Assembly (NCBI GenBank): GCA_024679065.1 | Contig: JAGIQG010000016.1 | Span: forward strand, 12,586,001-12,650,000 | Direction of reading: 5' to 3' | DNA length: 64,000 bases | Origin: Sphyrna mokarran | Taxonomy: Eukaryota | Shown here: piece by piece, positions 27,059 through 39,300 of the stretch | Numbering within the stretch: the first letter of the stretch is position 1 | Layout: each line of letters begins with the position of its first letter | Program-made: the position numbers and the translations under genes | The notes under the pieces: generated by a model | The model's input: the letters and a program-made list of their open reading frames with translations, nothing else | Told to the model about the DNA's origin: nothing | Databases searched by the model: none

Positions 27059-27351
27059 CTTTAAACTATTTCTCGGGAGAATGTCCTTGCCAATTGATGC
27101 ACACTGGCATCCCGTGTGTTGAATGTTAAGGCTTTAGTTATTGTTTGAAATCACGTATATCCATCTGAACCTACTGATTGCAAATACATTCTGTATTTCT
27201 AATACAGGATCCAAGAGCGTCGAGAATAGATTGAGATGGATTATCCATTGTTGTTTGTAGTTCAGAACTGGTCTAATGGGACAGAAATTGTGATCTGCTG
27301 ATGTGTTTATGTAATTAAATCGTAAGTTCTGTTTGCTCTGATAGTTTTAAC
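27059..27351 (-). pseudogene. Decayed exon, death-domain-like
   Basis: Acceptor tatttttAG and canonical donor AAAG|GTAAGT. Reads SELQTTMDNPSQSILDALGSC...QMDIRD, resembling MyD88-type LE..DPTxxLLDAW...LGRDD. Confidence 0.5.
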
Positions 27352-27477
27352 CTAAAAATAGTTTACTCAAATGGTGCAAGGTTTTGTATTCCAGGAGTTG
27401 GCGAATTCGACATTTCAAATATATCATAAATGATTAAAGGAAACGACTGTCAATACAATACTTATGTAATTGCCTAC

Positions 27478-27504
27478 CAGCATCTTCAAGCAGCTTGTCC
27501 AATG
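27478..27504 (-). pseudogene. 27-nt phase 1-1 micro-exon (LDKLLEDA)
   Basis: T-tract atttatAG|CATTGGACAAGCTGCTTGAAGATGCTG|GTAGGC; paralogous to 54883-54909. Confidence 0.65.
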
Positions 27505-28624
27505 CTATAAATAAAAAAAAAAGTTTTCAAATGAGTCATAATTGACATTGACACAATACAATTCGGTTGGGACCAGATGTTTTTTTTTGCGTGTGATGCT
27601 ATTCGCTAATATGCCAGTGATTTTACTGAAAACGCCGAAGAAAGATACTGGCTGTTCACAAACATCTGCCATAAGGTCAACTCTTCACGATTCTATGAGA
27701 AAATCAATGTGTCTGATGAATTTTGTTCATATTTCTGGAAAGAGAAAAAAATGATATGACAATATTAAAACGTGGCATGTAAAAAAATGTATATTTAATT
27801 CGATTTACAAATCTGAATGACCCAAACCGCATTCTATTCGCTCACTGGATAGTGCCGTTTTTAACGTCACAGTCATTTCTAATTGTGCGTCTTTTTTTGT
27901 AACCACCAATCATTTTACAGAAACCACGTTTTTAATGTATACCTACTTATGACGATAATAAATACGTATATCAATAAATAAATAAGACTATTATTATTTC
28001 CTCCAATCAAAGCTGGCCGCCGACTTTCACATTACAAAATACGACGTTAAACCCCATCGTTCTGTGCCATAGGGACATGAAAATGTAATTACATTACTTA
28101 CGATTCTGCGTGATTCCGCAACCGCACAGTGTTCCGGAGGGTTAAACATAACTTATTGAATGGAATTTGCTAGCTTGCAGTGTCTCGCACTTATTTCACC
28201 CTCTATTCGGTCAAAGCATGTTTCTTCAATAAAGACAAATATGCGCTTACCAGTCCCGAATATTTACTTAATTATTAATTTAAGCGTAGCCAAGTGAAAG
28301 GCAGAATGCTTACGTGAGAAAGAAAGAAAACAATATGAAGATTTAACAAATTGTTAAAGGGCCTGGCCATTTCTCAAACATTTAAAGTGTGACTATTTGG
28401 AAAAAAAACGCATAAAAAGTTCATGTTTTATCCGCTGATCCTAAAGACGAGGAATTATCCGACGTGACCAATGTGAGAAGTGAAAGGAAGCCGCAAATGA
28501 GCTATTGTAAAATGTAAAACGTTATGTTGCATCGCAGATAGATTGCATTTTGTATATTTGTCAATTAGTATGCACAACATCGACATTCGTTTTAATACAA
28601 CCGTGAATAATGTCAGAATCTTAC

Positions 28625-28651
28625 CTTCATTGTCTGTAATCGTCTGCTCAG
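28625..28651 (-). pseudogene. 27-nt phase 1-1 micro-exon (EQTITDNE)
   Basis: ttatttttatcgcAG|CTGAGCAGACGATTACAGACAATGAAG|GTAAGA. Confidence 0.55.
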
Positions 28652-28844
28652 CTGCGATAAAAATAAGTATTACTTAATATTATAGTAATTGTCATACCAT
28701 TTTCTCACAATTGTTGGCCACCTTCGAATTAGAAATATGTTAATGACGGGGAAGGATGTTGTTAGCGAGAAGGTCAACGAATATATACTTGTTAATCAGC
28801 AAAATGTGGAATCTAAGAAATACAATAAAATGTACAAAAGTATA

Positions 28845-29100
28845 GGGCAACACTGTTACACAGTGACCAACATTGCTGCATCTCATTGCCAAGGAGCAGG
28901 TTCGATTCTGGCCTGGGTCACTGTTTACGCGGATTTTCCATGTTATTTGGTTTCCTGGGCTGTTTTTTTTTCAGGTTTCGTCTACACTCTGAACACTACG
29001 CTACATTGGGCATGGTAAATTATCTCACTAACATACATTGCAACGTGGCGATTAGGGGAATTTCATAGAAACTCCACTGAAGTGCCATAGTAAGTTAAGT
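28845..29100 (+). mobile_element. HE1-like SINE, degraded
   Basis: gggcaacac...cattgctgcatctca...caggttcgattctggcctgggtcactgt, including a box B. Confidence 0.75.
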
Positions 29101-30640
29101 AAATAAGCCAACACTAAAGAAGACATGCAACCACCCAAAGTGTTGTTCAATGCGCTTCAATGAGCTGTTGATGAGCTGGAAATGATTTCACCATTGTCCA
29201 TACATTTTCCCAAAGTTTGAAAAATAGTATGGTCATGAAAATCTGATGACACAATTAAGCAATCACACCTGTTGAGTGCAGCGATTTTTGGTAATGTCAT
29301 ATTCTCCTAATTGATGCAATCTGAAGTTTTAAATCAATGTTTAGTTATCGTTGCTTCGTGTTTTCCAAAAAGAAGCATCGGAATTGTGTGTATTCGAATT
29401 AAATAACATCTAATTTTCCTGATGATCAGAGTATCTGGGCAACTTAGTCAGCCTCGGATTGGTGAACAGCCTTTTGCTGTGGAGCAGAAAAATAATTAAA
29501 TATACGTCGACAGTTTCACAGTTAACGTAATTCGCCCTAAAATACGGAGATGTTGTTCTTTGTGGTAAACATGCAGGTGACTTTTTCTCATAATTATTTT
29601 AGAATCAACAATACAGCTTTCTGTGCTCCACGTTGAAGTTCTAGTGATCAATTCTGAACACCACTTTTTGACACTTTCAGAATGTATTTTAATTCCACAT
29701 TTTCTTAAACATAGATTATACAATTTGATATAAATTGATGCAAATTAATGCTTCCATGTCCTCACTGCCCCCGGAATCACGTTTCATCCACTTAATTACA
29801 TTTTATTCAAGCAGTTTTTGTTTTCCTTCCCGAAAAAAGTACATCATAATTTCGCCTGTTATCCTTGGGCAAATCTTGCTTCTGCTTGTCTATTTTTTTT
29901 TTATATGAAAGTATCAGCAGTATATCCAGAATCCTTTTAGGCTTTATGCAAGTAATAATTTCCTGTTTTTTTGGGTGTGATGTTCCCGCTCAAAGCCTAA
30001 ATTTCATGCATTCATTACAGTGTCCATTATGTTGTTATTTGCTAGTGTTAGGGACCAGATCAGAAAAAAAAACAAGATATATTTTGAAGTTAACCTGGAG
30101 CGAAACTAACATGATTTTGGCATTATTGCGAGCATAAAGTACTTTGCTCCAGATATGATTCTATTAACCCACTAAGTACAATTTCTTCATGAAAACAAAC
30201 TTTACTTAAGAGCACAGCTAGCTAAAAAAACAAACATAACTGCACAGAAATACGAATTAAAGTATGTAAACGAGTAAAGAAAGGTGCATTTTAGCAACTA
30301 TTTATAGCTATAATTCTAATTTGTCCAATATGCTCTCAGAAATGCATTCTGCTTCAGAGCAAATACAAACAAACAAACAAACAAACAAAAAAAGAATTTC
30401 CATTGCTCCTGTATCTCCAGCATTTAATCCATCTGTTTCGGTCAGAAATACAATAGCCTTGTGACCCCTACTCAGCAGTTACCAATGAAAGTGCCATTTC
30501 AAGAAGCAATACTTCAGAGAAAAGCCTTATCAAAAGGAAAAAAAAACTGTCTCCAGAAAATCAGAGCTATTTGTTGTTTGTGCATCTCATAAACAAGAGC
30601 TGTACGACGTTTCTCTCTGAACCTCGCTTTGACAATACAC
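29100..30640 (-). pseudogene. Second Schlafen-type helicase-like domain (decayed)
   Basis: YEMHKQQIALIFW...LLLEMALSLV..GHKAIVFLT; KGFWIYC*YFH (cf. SLFN11 GILWIFLDYFQ); NVIPGAVRTW; V*LLNCVIRFS* (cf. IVLDSVRRFSG); LKRIEQH..LHVF (cf. ASRAKQHLYIF). Confidence 0.7.
30366..30390. repeat. (AAAC)n microsatellite
   Basis: Direct tetranucleotide run inside the decayed helicase frame. Confidence 0.85.
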
Positions 30641-32066
30641 ATTTATTTACATGTAAATCAACGATTATGGCACAATTTGTAAAACACCAAGGGAAAACAC
30701 CAAAATAAAAACTATGCGTACATTTGGATTATCACAAACGTCTTAGCAATTAAGAATACATATGTTTCTGCAGTAACAACAGGGGTTTCGGAGGCGGACT
30801 GAATAACATTGTAAATCAAATGATCTGCCCAAAACTTGCTGGAAAAAATACTCAAAAACATTTTTAAGGCACAGTATCATCAAAGTAGTTTTTACAATGA
30901 CTTGAGAGTTACAAGATAGTTGCAGGTCTTGGTCATCCGTCATATACACTCTAGGATTGGAGCGAAATGACACGAATGCATCTTTGAGAACATGTGTTTC
31001 TTTTTCCCCTTTCAATCCATTTTGACTGGGCGTATATTACAATTGATATATAGAACCTCCAGGGGCTGATGTTACATATCATACTTAATAAAATGTAACT
31101 GTTATATTAACTGATGTTCAATCTATGCAATGCCTTGAACTATCTAAGGAATGTTGTCGCAATACAATCACAGATTATAATTATGCGCACATGTCCCCTT
31201 TGTTACCCCAAAATATTATATTTGCTTCGTACACTGTGATCTGAGGGGACTCCTCAAATATTGTTTAAAAATTTTAACAATGTCGTTGCTGCATCCCAGA
31301 AAAAAATCATCACATCCTCATGTCATTATCTCCAATGACAATTATAATTTGGGACAATACAGCTGATTCTAGAAACACGTTTTCCATCATGCAGAAGTGA
31401 GGTTGAGACGTTAGTAATGGTGTCTAAATCACGAATCAAATCATCATCAAGAATAATTAAGCATCATTTGCCAGGAATTACACTCCATGTCATGGATCAG
31501 TATTAGCAGGCATCTTAGTCACAAGAAATTAGAAAATGAATTGAACGGCGTTCATTTCTGTGAGATTCGTATAAAAACAGACAGTTATTGCGTTTAAAAT
31601 CTTTGTTCTTTTCACTGCATTCGAGATTGTCTTAAGCTCAGTCTCTTGGCAATCCTTGCATTTCAGTACGGATTCTTTCTGACATCCTTCCAATCAAGAC
31701 TTATTAATGACACTGTTATTGCAAGTTTGAATTGTTTCTAATGAGTTTACGTTAGTTCCTTTAAAGTTGCAAAACACGATCCATATTAATATTTGCAGCG
31801 ATTAGTTATCCATGAAAATGTTCTGATTTGATTGCACATTTTAAATTAACGTGATTATAAATTCAACAGTTAAGGATGCATCACTTAAAGTATAAAACAA
31901 TGACAATCATGTGCATTGAATCTTGGAATTAGTATTGAATTGAACATGGGCATCACACTCCACTCAGTGTTTCCTGACAGATTCTCTGATAGACCAACTG
32001 AACTACGACTGCCGGTTTTTATTTTATCTACTGTTGAGAATTCTGGATTTATGGTGGATGATAGTG

Positions 32067-33199
32067 AGAGGGCATGGGATCCAAGGTGAGAGGGCATGGG
32101 ACGCAAGGAGCTTTGGCCTTGTGGATTCAGAACTGGCTTGCCTGCAGAAGGCAGAGGGTTGTTGTGGATGGCTCTTTTTCTGCATGGAGGTCGGTCACCA
32201 GTGGAGTGCCCCAGGGATCTGTTCTAGGACCCTTGCTGTTTGTCATTTTCATAAATGACCTGGATGAGGAAGTGGAGGGATGGGTGAGTAAGTTCGCCGA
32301 TGACACGAAGGTCGGTGGTGTTGTGGATGGTCTGGAGGGATGTCAGAAGTTGCAGCATGACATCGACAGGATGCAAGACTGGGCGGAGAAGTGGCAGATG
32401 GACTTCAACGCGGATAAATGTGTTGTGGTCCATTTTGGCAGATCCAACGGGATGAATGAGCACACTATCAAAGGTAGAAGTCTTAGCTGTTTGGAAGAGC
32501 AGAGGGATCTTGGGGTCCGGGTCCATAAGACTCTTAAATCGGCCTCCCAGGTGGAGGATGTGGTTAAGAAAGCTTATGGTGTTCTGGCCTTCATTCATCG
32601 AGGGATTGAGTTCAGGAGTCAGGAGGTAATGCTGCAGCTTTATAGGACTCTTGCCTGATCACACTTGGATTACTGTGCGCAGTTCTGGTCGCCTCACTAT
32701 AGCAAGGACGTGGGAGCTATTGAAAGGGTGCAGAGGAGATTTACAAGGATGTTGCCTGGATTGGGAGGCATGCCTTATGAAGACAGGTTGAGGGAGCTGG
32801 GACTGTTCTCCCTGGAGAGACGAAGGTTGAGAGGCGACCTGATAGAGGTTTACAAGATGTTGAGAGGATTAGATAGGGTGGACTCTCAGAGACTATTTCC
32901 CAGGGCTGAAATGGTCGCGACGAGAGGGCACAGATTTAAGGTGCAGGGAAGCAAGTACAGAGGGGATGCTAGGGGAAAGTTTTTCACTCAGAGGGTGGTG
33001 AGTGAATGGAATCGGCTGCCGTTGGTGGTGGTCGAGGCGAACTCGCTGGGGTCTTTTAAAAGATTTCTGTATGAGTATATGGGATCCAATGGGATTGGGG
33101 ATATAGATAGGTCTATGGCTGGGTAGGTTTTGATGTGTTCGGCACAACTTGTGGGCCGAAGAGCCTGTTTATGCTGTAGTGATCTATGTTCTATGTTCT
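32067..33199 (+). mobile_element. Young 5'-truncated CR1 LINE with 6-bp TSD
   Basis: RT SGVPQGSVLGPLLF...SKFADDTK...WQMDFN with one stop at about 32656; (ctatgtt)n tail; ATAGTG duplicated at 32061-32066 and 33200-33205. Confidence 0.97.
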
Positions 33200-33949
33200 A
33201 TAGTGCTACCAGCACCCGTTGTGTCTGATCGCTATTCCAAAAAAAAACTATCAAATGAAATGTTTTCCACATGAATTCTGTTTTCTCATTTTTCACTATC
33301 TCTGCTTTTATCGATGAGTGTTCGGAATACCGATGCCATTTGATCGGCCACATCACGTATCACTATATTTAATTCCAGCTCAGTTCAGGACTCCTCTTCA
33401 AATTACATATCATCCACAAGTGGAGTACCATAATTCTTAATTAATTTACAATTTTTTATCTGATTCAACATAGCTGAAAATTAACTTTTAAGCTTATGCC
33501 ATGTTTAGCTTTCCCTTTAGGAACTCCCCATCCAGAAGGTGATTTGTCCATTTTCCTTCTATTTCCGGAAATCAAATATACTTGGAATGCCTGCTGTATA
33601 AAAACACTTGGCTTAATTTTGCTTATCATACACCTACTCTGTTTTAAATCTCACATTCACTAACTGCACTGAAATTCAAGCATTTAACATAATTAACCAG
33701 TCACCTGTCATAGGAATCCTGTATCACCATGATTTTATTATGCAACTTATTTGTGAATTGTCGCTATTTGTTTCTTTTTCTAAAGCATTTGTCTAAGATA
33801 AGAATGAAAACCGGTTAATGCTCAGATATTTCTCTGAAACAAAGCTCATTGGTGAGGTATAAAAATGTTTGCCAACCTTTGCATCACATTTCCACGTTTC
33901 AGATGGGTCACCCAATCAGAAAAAAAAAATAAACATTTCTTCCTCACTT

Positions 33950-34620
33950 ATATTAACCTTCCTCACTTATCAGGGTAGAGCTTCAAGTTTATTGGTGGCC
34001 AGATCACCAAGCATTTTTGCATGTTCCCCCATGCCGACATCATAGTTTAAGAAAAATCACCGTTGCCTCTAGTTGCTTAAAAGATTAAGAAAATTTGGCA
34101 TGTCAGCTACGATTCTCGCCAACTTTTATAGATGGACCATTCTTTCTCTGGTGTATCACAGCTTGGTACGGCTCCAGCTGTGCCAAAAAAACAAAATGCA
34201 AGGATTTACAAAAGATTGTGAATCTCGCCCAATCTATCGCAAAAAAAAACAGCTTTCTTTTCATTGACTCTGCCTACACTTCCCGCTGCTTCAGCAAAGC
34301 AGCCAGCATAATTAAGGACTCACGCACCCCGGACATTGTCTCTTCCACCTTATTTCTTCAGGAAAAAATATATGTAAAAGTTTGAGGTCACTTACCAAAC
34401 AACTCAAGAAAAAATTCTTTCCTGCTATTTTCCGACTTTTGAAAGGCCTTATCTTTTATTAAGTTGACATTTCACATCACCCTCGCTATGACTGTAACAG
34501 TACATTCCACACTTCCTCGTTTTCTTCTCTATGAAAGATATTTATGTCTATATTGTACGCATGATACAATGTTACGTACTGTATAGTAAAACATGCGTCA
34601 ATAATAAAACAAATCAAATG
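33950..34620 (+). mobile_element. Rex1/Babar-type LINE 3' fragment
   Basis: LKRLRKFGMSATILANFYRWTI..CITAWYG resembles Rex1 LRRLRKFGM..LxNFYRCTIESILTGCITAWYG; tail aataataaaacaaatcaaat. Confidence 0.85.
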
Positions 34621-36354
34621 CTCTTTTTTGCTTAAGTATATCACGGCTAACTTAAAACTTATAATCTTCTACGGTGGTCTACATATTCACAAACCGAGAA
34701 TTGATTAGTTATCGTGTAAAATTCTTCTCAAAACCTTTCAAAACATCTTTGTCTTTGGCCCTCGTTCTGCCCTCTCCACATCATGGTAATTACTGTCAGA
34801 CGTTCCGGAACTGCTTCAATTTTACTGAACTAATAATCCATTAAAAACTTTGTTTTTCATTTTACCCGTATGCCAAGTCCATACAATGTCAAAATACTAT
34901 GCTGTGCCAAAAATTATCTCACACTTATTATATTTTCATTGCCAATATCCATTATCAAGCACGTTTTATATATTGGCACGAAACAAAACATTCATCATTG
35001 TCCTTCGCCTTCATCCAATATTATTTTAAAATTGATTTATCGATGAAGCATAGCTCAAATTGTTGGATACTTTTAACCGTGCTGTGTCAAACGCTAATGC
35101 ATCAACTGTCCCCCTACATATTACACTTGCATATGGCCTTCGCTATTACATTCTGTGCACGGGAAAAAACGTTTTCATATTGAATGCAACTTGACCTATC
35201 TCAATGCATTCCGCTTTTCCCCGATAAAACATGTATTTTCACATGTATTGCTTTGCTTATTCTAAGGTCCAACAATGTCCGTGATTGTGCAGTATATCAG
35301 GCATACAGTAATTGTTTTCGCAAAATGCTAAAACAACAACACGACACTTATTTTTAAATTTAAAAATTGCACTCCGTACGCTGCAGAATACTAAAGTGAA
35401 AATAAAACACAGACCAGAATGTCATCACCATCAAATAATGTGATCTGCTCTGGAAGTAAATATGCATCAATTTGCATGTCAGGACAAGAGATTGACTCAA
35501 TGAATCAATAACAATCTAGGCACAGTGAAAAGCATCATTAACCATTATCTGCAGACAATATACATATTATAAGGAACGCGCCAAATTCCCTTTCTTTTGC
35601 GTATAATTCTTCTGGAAATTGGCCATCTTCGAAACGAGAAACATGACTCGAATTTTATCAGATTCCATACACTTGTTATCAGACCATCGTAGTTTCACTG
35701 CTGCCGGCTAGCTTCCAGCAGAACTTTCATTACTCATTTAACGGCTCAGGTGGTGTGTTGCTTATACTTACGAAATACATCATATACTTGCGGGAAATTT
35801 TTTGGTGCTCTTGCACTGTTAGGCAGAAGACAAATGGCCGGTTATGTGATTGACCGTTTTGTTTTAACTTCATAGTGAAGTCAAGCGTTCTCTTTTAATT
35901 AGGCTGGTTGTGCTTTTAGTTGAGAAGAAAGTGAACATCGGAGAGGACAACCGTGTGTTTTTGTTCTCTTTCTTTCTCAAAGTGTGTGATTTTTTTTTCT
36001 GGAAACGATTGTCCTGCCATTCCTGGAGTAGGGAATATGTTGTTAATGGTTGGCCTTTCTAGAGTCTTTCACTTTCTAAAAGTTCTTTCCATTTCAATCG
36101 TGTCTGTGTGTACATCAACAAAACTGCAACATTCAAGAAAATGATTAAATTTACTATCACATAGCATTTGCGATGGGGAAGTTGTGACAACGTTTTTTTT
36201 TAATTATAAGTTGTTTCCTCGAAAGAGTGTCTGTTTATCTGTTAAAGTTGAAACACTGTCACCATTTTCTCTCCTGTGTTAACTATTTCCATGCATGTTA
36301 GCTTATTCTTAAAAGTGCTGTGTTTGGTAAAATAAAATGTAATCTGAGTCATAC

Positions 36355-39300
36355 CTGGAGAGAAACAGCTCTTGCTCGTCCTCGTAAAATACAGAGCATA
36401 ACACCTACGATCCAGGAGGACTCTATAAACCACTTTGAAATTTCTGACTTCAGTTGTAACAAAGTTGCAGAGGCACTTCTTTTGGATGTGAACTGTATCC
36501 CTCGAACTCGGAAAAGCAACGTGGACGTTAAAATTAGCCAACTCAGATTGAAATTAGACTTCCGTATCGTAAGTAACAACTCACACGGCGAAATAAATTG
36601 GGATGTCTGGAGATCATTTTAAGTAATACATTTGAGATATTAGCAATTTACCCAGATCATTTCATCTTCAGTTTTAACCGCATAACAAATTGGATGTTTT
36701 TGCAAACTTTGCAAAGCTTCTTTGACATTCTTGTACCATTTTGCATTATGCTGTGCTCTTCTCCCCCCCCCCCCCCCCCCCCCCGCCCCCATAGCTTCAC
36801 TAATGTAGCTCAGTTCGGATCTCATTTGCCATATAACTGTACGAATTCTGGAACATCCATGAAAGAAAACACACTTGCCAGACATCGTGCTTCTAAAATA
36901 ATGGTTGTCTTTTTCGGTGCATTATGTATGTCTTCCGTGTCAATAACGTGACCCAAACACTTGGAGGACCATCAGGAAAGCAAAAGTCACACTTCCGTAG
37001 TACAGAGTGCACATAAGTATGTTCCAACGCTTCTTCTATTTTTTGAAGTGATTTTGAAGTCAATAGACTTTGTAATTCGAATATCATCCAGGTTACATTT
37101 TGCACATGAAAGACCAAGTACATCTTCTCCTTGATTTTTGGGAATGTGTGTTGCGAATGGTAACACTGAAGAGACCCGCACTTTTCACCCTCTCAGAAAA
37201 AACGGCACATCCTCTCTGGTAAAGTGAAATGATGGTGTCCTCCTCACGGTAGCCATAAACTTAATTGCATTGGTTGTGATCTGTGGATTAGTTCTATACT
37301 GGAGCTATAAACAAATCCATATGTCTTGAAGTTTACCAATGGTTGTATTTACGCATCGGTAATGGTGCCTGTTACACATCAATTATGTTGACTATCTTCC
37401 CCTCGAGTAACGAAACAAACAGTTCGTCAGTTAAAGACAGACAGCGAACAACAACCGCTGCTAGATTCATGGATGTTGTATATAACTATAAATATTTATC
37501 GAATAATCTGGTTTCAACGGAGCAATAGTGGAAGACGTCCAGTCATGTTTTACGAGAGACTCTTGGCCATTAGTGTCATCAAGCCACATGCACTCTTCTT
37601 CGATCTTGGAACGAATTGCATTTGCCAAAAAAAACTTTAAAACATTTCGACTTCGTTTTGAACTCCCTTCAGTGACCTTAACGTGTTTTCGATGCACACT
37701 TTTATTTATCCAGAAAGTTGTGGAGGTTGTTGTTTTGCATCGATCAATCTGTTGACAACATTCCTGTTTTTTTGTACTTTTTGCAACTATGGCATCCCAA
37801 ATAGAATGTTAGAAATGTTATAGACCATATGAATCATTACCAGAACTTTGACAAACTGAACACTGCGTAAAACACCATGTATCACCTTTGCAGCGCAGTC
37901 TCGTCAGTTTAAGTCTTTAAGATCACAGTACATAGTTGGAAAGGAATGTGCTTCAGCTGTAGCCATGTCATTCAAGGAATCAACGCTACAGAAGTGTCAA
38001 TTTGAAACCCCACCCGATAATTGTATGTTCAACTTCAGAATTCGGCAAAATCTATGTGATTCACCATGTGTGGGTAGAACGGCCAGTTTATGTTCTGTAC
38101 CATATCTCGACACTTTTCTCTTCAGAGTCGTAATTCGTTTAAATCATGTATTTTCTTTTCTTTCAGAATGCGACTGATATTTCTTATCGAAAGCAACCGG
38201 ATTCTTATAATGAATATAATTTTCAAGGGACAATTTTCCAGCTCAGCATGTTTTTGTTTGCATTGTGACCCAGGTTGTTACACTTGCAGTATTGACTCGC
38301 TGAACGACAGATGTTGACATACCTGTGTGTTGTATGATGTAATTCTAAAATCTTTTTTTATAGTTTCCACACATGGTCCTAATTTCAGCAACAAACTGTG
38401 AAAGTTACTTAACGGCAAATTCGATTGACGCAAAGATTTCAACTGTTGTTTCTTAAAGTAAAACATATTCAGTAAGGCACCATCTTGGCTTAGCTTCGTT
38501 TTGGAGATGAAATTCCAGACGTTCGCGGATACAAACTTATAACGTCTCGCTAAAAACATAATTGCTGCGAGTTATTCTATGGTTTCCAGAAACTGAGCAA
38601 TGTTTTCACCTTTCACTCGATCCCTTCACTAGTTCCTGAACAGGTATGCTATGGTCAATGACTTTGTAGCACTATCTTCATTAACGAATTTGATTAATGT
38701 ATCATAACTCTTAATTCTTGACACTTCTGGATGAAGCAATATCTAGAAGAAATTGAAGGTATGCATGTCATTATAGTGAGGAAAGCGGTACACATCAACT
38801 CGTGTTCAACTTATTTTCATAGCTAACGCGTTTAAAGATGACAACAGGAACTGCATGATTGTTGATTTCTTTTTTATTTGTTGAAAGTACAAATTGATCC
38901 TAAGTTCTTATTCATTTCTCTTCAAAACTCTTCGCAAGACTGTTTAATATGTATGTGCATGTGTGTATAAGCGTTCTTCTCAGAACTCCCGTTTTAAAAA
39001 AAACTTGAATACGTTGACAAAATTTTCTCTCTTTTTTTTTTGCCATGGCGCAGCTGTACAGAAAATATAAAACTTAGTTGTTTTAGGATTGTACGATGCC
39101 TGGAATTTCGACCGTCACTTCGGGAGGAACACCCTCTTTGAAAATAACACAAAATTATTTGTGTTCTTCGGATTTGAGCCTACCTTCACTATCAATTTAT
39201 CAGTAATCGTGCTATTGATTCTGCCCAATCTGGGAGCGCCTTTAGATTTCTGATCAATTGTTTCGATTAACCGAACCCAAAGGCCAGCGATTTCATTGAT

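Larger units (their letters stand above)
30700..36123 (-). pseudogene. Schlafen middle domain + first helicase-like domain (decayed, interrupted by two LINEs)
   Basis: LMYTQTRLKWKELLESE (cf. LRYTPESLWRDLISE), VVLSDVHFLLN (cf. VICDALLIAQN), FTMKLKQ (cf. FTLKQKL), FPENY (cf. YPASY), LLPEQ, VLAFCEN (cf. LYVCEN), IILDEG (Walker B, about 35008-35025), FLMDY*, FTR*LINS (cf. LTRIVRNA), WSVIPG. Confidence 0.75.

Noticed and set aside
36987-37181. ORF ending KSIDFKITS...GTYLCAL, resembling an Ig/TCR V domain
   Set aside because: No conserved Trp, leader or RSS. It lies inside the Schlafen core, where an overlapping frame carries the Schlafen motif.
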